NCBI GenBank assembly: GCA_964016885.1
Contig: OZ024741.1
Coordinates: 289,230,001 to 289,294,000 of the forward strand
DNA: 64,000 bases
Origin: Eledone cirrhosa
Lineage: Eukaryota
Reading direction: 5' to 3'
Shown here: positions 55,005 to 64,000 of the stretch, in pieces
Layout of the letters: every line of letters starts with the position of its first letter
How positions within the stretch are numbered: the stretch's first letter is position 1
Notes under the pieces: generated by a model
Told to the model about the DNA's origin: nothing
Databases searched by the model: none
The model's input: only the letters and a program-made list of their open reading frames with translations
Position numbers and translations under genes: made by a program

Positions 55005-58000
55005 ATGGTGGTTAGATTGGTCTAAATTAACAGTGGTGGTGGTGGTGGTGGTGGTGGTTAGATTGGTCTAAATTAACAGTGGTGGTGGTGGTGGTGGTGG
55101 TGGTGATGGTTAGATTGGTCTAAATTAACAGTGGTGGTGGTGGTGGTGGTGGTGGTTAGATTGGTCTAAATTAACAGTGGTGGTGGTGGTGGTGGTGATG
55201 GTGATGGTTAGATTGGTCTAAATTAACAGTGGTGGTGGTGGTGGTGGTGGTGGTTAGATTGGTCTAAATTAACAGTGGTGGTGGTGGTGGTGGTGGTGGT
55301 GATGGTTAGATTGGTCTAAATTAACAGTGGTGGTGGTGGTGGTGGTGGTGGTGATGGTTAGATTGGTCTAAATTAACAGTGGTGGTGGTGGTGGTGGTGG
55401 TGGTTAGATTGGTCTAAATTAACAGTGGTGGTGGTGGTGGTGGTGATGGTGATGGTTAGATTGGTCTAAATTAACAGTGGTGGTGGTGGTGGTGGTGGTG
55501 GTTAGATTGGTCTAAATTAACAGTGGTGGTGGTGGTGGTGGTGGTGGTTAGATTGGTCTAAATTAACAGTGGTGGTGGTGGTGGTGGTGATGGTGATGGT
55601 TAGATTGGTCTAAATTAACAGTGGTGGTGGTGGTGGAGGTGGTGGTTAGATTGGTCTAAATTAACAGTGGTGGTGGTGGTGGTGGTGATGGTGATGGTTA
55701 GATTGGTCTAAATTAACAGTGGTGGTGGTGGTGGTGGTGGTGGTTAGATTGGTCTAAATTAACAGTGGTGGTGGTGGTGGTGGTGGTGGTGGTGGAGGTG
55801 ATGGTTAGATTGGTCTAAATTAACAGTGGTGGTGGTGGTGGTGGTGATGATGGTTAGATTGGTCTAAATTAACAGTGGTGGTGGTGGTGGTGGTTAGATT
55901 GGTCTAAATTAACAGTGGTGGTGGTGGTGGTGGTGGTGGTGGTGGTGGTGGAGGTGATGGTTAGATTGGTCTAAATTAACAGTGGTGGTGGTGGTGGGGG
56001 TGATGGTTAGATTGGTCTAAATTAACAGTGGTGGTGGTGGTGGTGGTGGTGGTGGTGGTGGTGGTGATGGTTAGATTGACCTAAATTAATAGTGGTGGTG
56101 GTGGTGGTGGTGATGGTTAGATTGGTGTAAATTAATAGTGGTGGTGGTGGTGGTGGTGATGATGGTTAGATTGGTCTAAATTAATAGTGGTGGTGGAGGT
56201 GGTTAGATTGGTCTAAATTAACAGTGGTGGTGGTGGTGGTGATGATGGTTAGATTGACCTAAATTAACAGTGGTGGTGGTGGTGGTGATGATGGTTAGAT
56301 TGACCTAAATTAACAGTGGTGGTGGTGGTGGTGATGATGGTTAGATTGACCTAAATTAACAGTGGTGGTGGTGGTGGTGATGGTTAGATTGGTCTAAATG
56401 AATAGTGGTGGTGGTGGTGGTGATGGTTAGATTGGTCTAATTTAATAGTGGTGGTGGTGGTGGTGGTGATGGTTAGATTGGTCTAAATTAATAGTGGTGG
56501 TTGTGGTGGTGATGGTTAGATTGGACTAAATTAATAGTGGTGGTGGTGGTGGAGGTGATGGTTAGATTGGTCTAAATTAATAGTGGTGGTGGTGATAGTG
56601 GAGGTGATGGTTAGATTGGACTAAATTAATAGTGGTGGTCGTGGTGGTGGTGGTTAGCTTGGTCTAAATTAATAGTGGTGGTGGTGGTGGTGGTGGTGGA
56701 GGTGATGGTTAGATTGGTCTAAATTAATAGTGGTAGTGGAGGTGGTTAGCTTGGTCTAAATTAATAGTGGTGGTGGTGGTGGTGGTGGTGGTGGAGGTGA
56801 TGGTTAGATTGGTCTAAATTAACAGTAATGGTGGTGGAGGTGATGGTTAGATTGGTCTAAATGAATAGTGGTGGTGGTGGTGGTGATGGTTAGATTGGTC
56901 TAACTTAATAGTGGTGGTGGTGGTGATGGTTAGATTGGTGTAAATTAATAGTGGTGGTGGTGGTGGTGATGGTGATGGTTAGATTGGTCTAAATTAATAG
57001 TGGTGGTGGTGGTGGTGGTGGTAATGGTTAGATTGGTCTAAATTAATAGTGGTGGTGGTGGTGGTGATGGTTAGATTGGTCTAAATTAATAGTGGTGGTG
57101 GTGGTGGTGGTGGTGATGGTTAGATTGGTCTAAATTAATAGTGGTGGTGGTGGTGGTGGTGGTGATGGTTAGATTGGTCTAAATTAATAGTGGTGGTGGT
57201 GATGGTTAGATTGGACTAAATTAATAGTGGTGGTGGTGGTGGTTAGATTGGTCTAAATTAACAGTGATGGTGGTGGTGGTGGTGGTGGAGGTGATGGTTA
57301 GATTCGTCTAAATTAATAATGGTGGTGGTGGTGGTGATGGTTAGATTGGTCTAAATTAATAATGGTGGTGATGGTTAGATTGGACTAAATTAATAGTGAT
57401 GGTGGTGGTGGTGGTGGTTAGATTGGACTAAATTAATAGTGGTGGTGGTGGTGGTGGTGGTGGTGGAGGTGATGGTTAGATTGGTCTAAATTAATAGTGG
57501 TAGTGGAGGTGGTTAGATTGGTCTAAATTAACAGTGATGGTGGTGGAGGTGATGGTTAGATTGGTCTAAATGAATAGTGGTGGTGGTGGTGGTGATGGTT
57601 AGATTGGTCTAAATTAATAGTGGTGGTGGTGGTGGTGATGGTTAGATTGGTCTAAATTAATAGTGGTGGTGGTGGTTGTGATGGTTAGATTGGTCTAAAT
57701 TAATAGTGGTGGTGGTGGTGGTGATGGTTAGATTGGTCTAAATTAATAGTGGTGGTGGTGGTGGTGGAGGTGATGGTTAGATTGGTCTAAATTAATAGTG
57801 GTGGTGGTGGAGGTGATGGTTAGATTGGACTAAATTAATAGTGGTGGTGCTGGTGGTGGTGGTTAGATTGGTCTAAATTAACAGTGATGGTGGTGGTGGT
57901 GGAGGTGATGGTTAGATTGGTCTAAATTAATAGTGGTGGTGGTGATGGTTAGATTGGTCTAAATTAATAGTGGTGGTGGTGGTGGTGATGGTTAGATCGG

Positions 58001-58757
58001 ACTAAATTAATAGTGGTGGTGGTGGTGGTTAGATTGGTCTAAATTAACAGTGATGGTGGTGGTGGTGGTGGTGGAGGTGATGGTTAGATTCGTCTAAATT
58101 AATAATGGTGGTGGTGGTGGTGATGGTTAGATTGGTCTAAATTAATAATGGTGGTGATGGTTAGATTGGACTAAATTAATAGTGGTGGTGGTGGTGGTGG
58201 TGGTGGTGATGGTTAGATTGGTCTAAATTAATAATGGTGGCGGTGGTGATGATGGTTAGATTGGACTAAATTAATAGTGGTGGTGGTGATGGTTAGATTG
58301 GTCTAAATTAACAGTGATGGTGGTGGTGGTGGTGATGGTTAGATTGGTCTAAATTAACAGTGGTGGTGGTTGTGGTGGCGGTGAGGTGGTAATTAGATTG
58401 GTCTAAATTAACAGTGATGGTGGTGGTGGTGGTGGTGGAGGTGATGGTTAGATTGGTCTAAATTAATAATGGTGGTGGTGGTGGTGGAGGTGATGGTTAT
58501 ATTGGTCTAAATTAATAGTGGTGGTGGTGGGGGTTAGATTGGTCTAAATTAACAGTGGTGGTGGTGGTGGTTAGATTGGTCTAAATTAACAGTGGTGGTG
58601 GTGATGGTGGTTAGATTGGTCTAAATTAACAGTGGTGGTGGTGGTGGTGGTTAGATTGGTCTAAATTAACAGTGGTGGTGGTGGTGGTGGTTAGATTGGT
58701 TTAAATTAACAGTGGTGGTGGTGGTGGTTAGATTGGTCTAAATTAACAGTGGTGGTG
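55005..58757. repeat. Minisatellite: constant GTTAGATTGGTCTAAATTAA(C/T)A core alternating with variable-length (GGT)n
   Basis: Roughly 80-95 cores (estimated, not counted exactly); solo core at about 59058-59080. Confidence 0.95.
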
Positions 58758-59321
58758 CTGGTACTGGTTATGTTGGCGCTGTTGCTGTTTGTAGTGTTGG
58801 TTGTAGTGGTGGTGGTGGTGGTGAAGTTATGGTGGTGGTGGTTGTGGTAGTGGTGGTGGTGGTGGTGGTGGTTGTGGTGGTGGCGGTGGTAGTGGTGGTG
58901 TTGGTTGTGATGGTGGTTGTGTTGTTGCTGTTGCTGATGGTGGTTGTTGTTGTGGTGAGGTGGTTGTGGTGTTGATGGCGGTTTTGTTGTTGTTGTTGGT
59001 GAGGGTTGTAGTGGTAATGGTGGTGGTGGTGGTTATGGTGATGGTTGTGTTGGTGATGGTTAGATTGGTCTAAATTAACTGTGATCGGTTGATGGTGGCG
59101 GTGAGATTGTGATGGTGGTGGTGCTGGTTTTGATGGCGGTGTTGGTTTTGACTGTATTAGCGCTGGAAGTGGTAGAGTTGTTGGTGTTGGGGCTGGTGGT
59201 GTTGGAGGTAATGGCAGTTGTGGTAGTGGTGGTGTTAGTGGACTTGGTTGTGTTGGCGATGGATTGGTGGTGTTCGTGATGTTGTTAGTGGTTGCGGAGA
59301 GATAGAGAGAATGTAGAGAGG

Positions 59322-59459
<138 letters not shown>

Positions 59460-59649
59460 ACACACACATGCACACATATATATTGAAATTGCTGCTACCT
59501 TTTTCATCAGAAAATATATTTTATGCTCTGTTCACATGTATATATATATATTCGAAATGACGTCAAGAAACATGTTTTGATTACATAATTGTATTTATTA
59601 CTTTATACTTATTTCAATGACAAATGAGGGTAGATATTAAGTAATATTT

Positions 59650-59687
59650 ACATTAGTAACTGTCGCCGGTATGATATCATCAGATGT
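59650..59687 (-). ncRNA. Degenerate hammerhead (GAAA mutated to GACA)
   Basis: ACAT-CTGATGA-TATCATACCGGC-GAC-AGTTACT-A-ATGT. Confidence 0.3.
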
Positions 59688-61067
59688 TAACACAATTATG
59701 TGAAGTGGTTATGTTGGTATGTTTATATGTTCCAGGCAAAATAGTTCCATGCTGGTATAAATCCGGCGGACATATTATAGTCTGTTATTCCTGATGAAAG
59801 GCAAATGCACAATCCGTTAACTATGTAACTCTTTCTCCAAGCGTCAAACTAATACACTTTAGTAGTCATTATCACTTTTTAGCAAGATTGCCGCTTTAGG
59901 AAGATGGAGACGTCTAAAAAGTGTTCCATTGGTTCAAAAGGTATAGGTCAGAAGGCGTATTTTTTTTTATACAAAAATAATTTATTCATTTGATTGTTTG
60001 GAACATGTTACAAAATGTACGCAGCAAGGTTTTCTGTGTGAAGATGGCAGCGAAATGAATATTTTTTTTTCTTCTAGTAGGTCAAAAATGCAGTGAGACA
60101 GGCACTAATTTATCCTTACTTATTGTCAGGGATTGGAATATTTGGTAAAACAAAGACAATGGATAGGCCTGAAAGGCCGTCCAACGAACTACTCTCAATG
60201 TTAGAGAGAAAAAAAAAACAGTGGAAACTAGTTAAGAGCTGTTGCACTACCAACGTCCAATACGCAGCTAACAGCTAGTTTGTGCAAAAGGCGCGTTCTA
60301 CTACTGGTCGGAAATGGTCATTTGTATTCATACGTCACCAAACCTACAGGGCTGGCCACTGACCAAGCACGACCAAATTACGCCACAGCGATAAAATAGT
60401 ACTATCCTCTCTCGCTACACACTTTGTTTCCTTGACGGACACCTACTCATTCCTCAGGTTGCCCTCAGATTAACCTTGGATCACACCAGTATTTGCCTAC
60501 GGACTCAAACGTTTGACCCTTTGTACTGCCTTAGATATATTTATATATATTGAATTCATCTGCCAAAATCTGGGGGTTTTCTCTCTTGAAGAGTTACGCA
60601 CGTGGTTTTACCACTACATACCACTGCGTGATTCTGAACGCTGGCGTAGAACAAAATATCTGTTGACGAAGTGACAGCCTTGTTCGATCATTATACCAAA
60701 AGCTTATTATTTTAAGCAGTCAGTATAATTGATTTAAGTGTCGCAGAAACCCTGTACTGGATTATACCATCTTTTCCGAGAGTCCGGGTAAATATTTCAT
60801 TTATGTTGTTTGACCTGTTTGGCTTGCCTCGTCGTTTTGGCTTAGGTGGTTGATGGCTTCTTGACCGCCGTTTCAGTTTGTTTGGCCTTTATAACCTATG
60901 TTTATTGCTCTGGTCTTTATTTGGTCCATGGAGCGCTTGCCAGCATAACTCGGATATTGCGTTTCGCTTTGTTTTCGACCATAGCCGAAATACGAACACA
61001 CAAACACCCCCTCCCATATATATATATATATATGTGCGTGTGTGTGTGTGTGTGTGTTTGTTTGTTT

Positions 61068-61197
61068 GCTTCTCGATGATTTCTCCCGAATGAAACAGTT
61101 CTAGTCTTGTAGAAGCCATTTCTATATTAAATATTTACACTCTGCTATGTATTGAGTACCTTACTTACTGTGGTTAGCCCCGATTGAACCTAGATAA
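61068..61197 (+). mobile_element. PLE-type terminal fragment, homologue of 6002-6188, with core-mutated hammerhead (61068-61116)
   Basis: GCTTC-TCGATGA-TTTCTCCCGAAT-GAAACAG..TTGTA-GAAGC, followed by the same tail. Confidence 0.75.
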
Positions 61198-61359
61198 ACA
61201 CACACACACACACACACGCACGCACACATATATATATATATATATATGAATACACTTGTGTTTGTACACTGAGAGAGTAGGGGGAGAGAACCTAACAGAC
61301 AGACAAATTGAACAATCTAGCGAACTAGCAGTCGGCCAACACATTGACCGACGACTGAT

Positions 61360-61545
61360 AAAGACAGCAATGGGGTGACGGGACAAATGATGGATCTGGT
61401 TGCGAGTTGAATCTTTAGGAATTATTTCCGATTGACAGGCAACGGTAAATAAATTGGAGATAATTGTAGCTTTCGTCATACAACCTCCATTTTGGTTGCT
61501 ATTAAAATGGCGGTCATTGCTGAAGACGGAGTTCGGGGTCTACTT
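61360..61545 (-). mobile_element. Possible highly decayed PLE reverse transcriptase fragment
   Basis: VFSNDRHFNSNQNGGCMTKATIISNLF loosely resembles FNxxxYxQxxGxAMGTxxAPxxANLF. Confidence 0.3.
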
Positions 61546-61619
61546 TCCAGACCAAATACATTTATTTACTGGTCTTCTTTCTAGATGTTATAGTATTCCT
61601 GCATTATTTTGTTGTTGTT

Positions 61620-61703
<84 letters not shown>

Positions 61704-61848
61704 CTTCTTCTTCTTCTTCTTCTTCTTCTTCTTCTTCTTCTTCTTCTTCTTCTTCTTCTTCTTCTTCTTTTCCACCTCCTCCTTTGTTCTGTGTCCTGTT
61801 TGGAGAGAAGACATAATGGAATGCGCGATAGAGAGATAGAGAGGGGGA

Positions 61849-61879
<31 letters not shown>

Positions 61880-61912
61880 AAACGAAAGAGAGACAGGGAA
61901 AGAGAAAGAGAC

Positions 61913-61973
<61 letters not shown>

Positions 61974-62317
61974 AGGGAAACACGATTAACTGTTTAAAAA
62001 ATAAACGTATAGAATGATTGGTAGATTAGTAATGAGGGTAAGAGAATAAATTAGAGGGTGTGGCCGAAAAGGAGATAAATATATATAGAGAGAAAGAGTG
62101 AGTGAGAAGATTGAGAGAGAAGTAGACAAAGAGATTGACAGGAAGTGAACAAAAGAGATCAGACAGACGCCACATGTTATCTCTTTACTGAAACATTACA
62201 TGATGACACGGCTAAACTCAAATACCAATTTCAATCGCCAGTACTCACAACCAATCAAATTCGAGTTTTTTTTAGTGTATTTTTAGCAACCTGAAAGAGA
62301 GACTGACTACCCGAAAG

Positions 62318-62950
62318 GCGATGGCTTGGCTACTGCAGGCCTCCCTCCCAGCTCGAGCCGGTGGGACTAGACCGAGGGGACGGCAAAAGGCCAAACGGTA
62401 TGACCATCTTCCCGTTCTACGGTGGCAAACCCCTCGTCTGGGATACCACTTACAGCGACACTTTCTCCAGCCGCAACCTGGTGCAGTCTGCGACTAACCC
62501 AGGTTCTGCTGCACTTCAGGCCGGGGAGAGCAAGCTCTCCAAGTACCGGTCGCTCTCCGACAGGTTTACGGTCGTGCCCTTGGCAGTGGAGACTTCTGGT
62601 GTCGTTGGCCCTAGGGCTATCTCCCTACTCACCACCATAGGCGCTGAGCTGGCCAGCCGCATGTGTGAGCCTCGTGAGATGGAATGGCTCTTCCAGCGCA
62701 TCTCCTTTAGCATCCTCCGGGGAAACGCCTTCTCCATTCTGACCGCCGGGACTGTGGGGCGGCCAGCATGGGGACCCCATTTGCTCACAATACAGTGAGA
62801 TGGGGAGGGAGGGCAAGAGAGTTGGAAGCGATGACAGTGGGTGTTCGGATCCTCCATGTTCGGACACATTGCACCAGTCATGTGGATCATGTGATATTTC
62901 CATTTTACTTGTGGTGTTCGTGAAGCTTCAGTATTGATTAACTATAAGTA
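62318..62950 (+). mobile_element. CRE-clade non-LTR retrotransposon 3' fragment (restriction-like endonuclease domain, ORF 62361-62798)
   Basis: DGKRPNG..GKPLVWDTT..DT..AA..K..KY..PLAVETSG..QRIS..I.RGNA is the hallmark CRE RLE C-terminus; GC-rich relative to its flanks. Confidence 0.88.
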
Positions 62951-63219
62951 ACTTGCATCTCAGTACACCCTGCATGGTCAAGTGGTCACCGACTATTCCG
63001 GCAACCTAACCAAACCTGCATTGTTTGTAGTCTCTGGTCATTCTGCTTTGTTCGTGTTTTTAGCTTAATAAGTGGTTCCCAAATTTTGTAATCGTGGCGC
63101 ATTTTTGAAAAAGGAAAAATATGGCGCACTTACCATAATTTCGAAAATTTATTCTAACGATTTATTCATACATATTAGCATATCATAAAATTAAAAGGCT
63201 CTAAGCCTATTCCGCCGCC

Positions 63220-63415
63220 ACTGTAAAAATCACCCAGTACTCACTGTAAATGAGGTTGGTGTGAGGAAAGGCATCCAGCTGTAGAAACCAAGCCCAAATC
63301 ACTTCCGTATGAACAAGACATGGTCACCTGACCTGGCATTGCCCAGAACAGGACAACCCGTCCAACCCATGCTAGCTAGGAAGAATGGACGTAAAACGGT
63401 GATGCTGCTGATGCT

Positions 63416-63441
<26 letters not shown>
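63220..63441 (+). mobile_element. RTE-related 3' end with (GAT)n tail
   Basis: GGAAAGGCATCCAGCTGTAGAAACC...CCGTCCAACCCATGCTAGC...GGACGTAAAAC(GAT)n. Confidence 0.6.
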
Positions 63442-63460
<19 letters not shown>

Positions 63461-63800
63461 ATGAGGTTTCATACGAACTTCGGTTTTTACTTTTTACATC
63501 TTAAATCTTAATCTTAGTCTTTTGCGGCTCATCTAGTTACATCTTGTAGAACATGGTTTGGGAACTAGTGGCTTACCATCTTCAAACGTCAATTGGAGAA
63601 TGACCCTCGCGTTTCTCATGAGTTTCCCCACCATAAAATTTGATGTGAATGTGTGCCCTCACTCTACACAGGAGTCTCACGGCGTGGAAATCCCGAAGCA
63701 AAATACAGACAGTGGAACTTTTGTTGTAGTGATCGGTGTATCACGTGTGTTTGTAACAATTTAATACTGCCACCTCCGTAATATTTTCCCTCAGAAAATG

Positions 63801-63864
63801 TACTCTTTCACTCTTTTACCTGTTCCAGCCATACAGGTGAGGCTATGCTGGGGCACCGCCCTTT
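63801..63864 (-). mobile_element. SINE/LINE 3' tail
   Basis: Reverse complement AAGGGCGGTGCCCCAGCATAGCC...TGGAACAGGTAAAAGAGT resembles the cephalopod SINE 3' end as I recall it. Confidence 0.6.
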
Positions 63865-63912
63865 AAAAAATATGGAATGCTTCACGAATTTGCTTGTCAT
63901 CCTTGGGCAGGG
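63865..63912 (-). pseudogene. U6: U6 snRNA 3' fragment (retrocopy)
   Basis: Reverse complement CCCTGCCCAAGGATGACAAGCAAATTCGTGAAGCATTCCATATTTTTT matches the conserved U6 3' half with 3 mismatches; the 5' half is absent. Confidence 0.92.
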
Positions 63913-64000
63913 TAATATATATATATAGGAGCATCAATTTTACGGTTACCAATGCTGCTGCGTCCTTCCTTGGAGTGCTCTTGATATCTAGAAGGTGGAA

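Noticed and set aside
55005-58757. CRISPR array
   Set aside because: The spacers are only GGT runs, there are no cas genes, and the context is eukaryotic.
59788-60460. CTGATGA (59791) and CTGAGGA (60452, minus) motifs
   Set aside because: They lack a properly placed GAAA/NUH or stems, and are expected by chance.

Overview
This is repeat-saturated, AT-rich animal DNA, probably from an octopod cephalopod (inferred from the tRNA-derived SINE families). I found no supportable host protein-coding gene: nearly all long ORFs in the track are translations of microsatellites. The window holds about 20 SINE copies, fragments of L1/Tx1, RTE, CRE and Penelope-like (PLE) retroelements, hAT and piggyBac-type MITEs, a U6 snRNA 3' fragment, several minisatellite arrays and a 200-N gap. 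The main signal is a set of minimal type I hammerhead ribozymes (HHR) from at least six unrelated sequence families, which I folded by eye. Most sit in short (TA)n-flanked insertions that form long palindromes. Highlights: (i) a 428-nt tandem unit with one intact HHR per unit, a candidate non-LTR retrozyme/circRNA (26853-28041), with a second fold-back copy at 18512-19065; (ii) four copies of an element whose long palindrome appears centred on HHR stem II, with copy-specific compensatory changes, suggesting fold-back cDNA synthesis; (iii) a near-perfect 7.7 x 615-bp head-to-tail array inserted in (TA)n between inverted flanks; (iv) a U6 fragment fused to a SINE/LINE 3' tail. No database searches or folding programs were run, and some boundaries are approximate.
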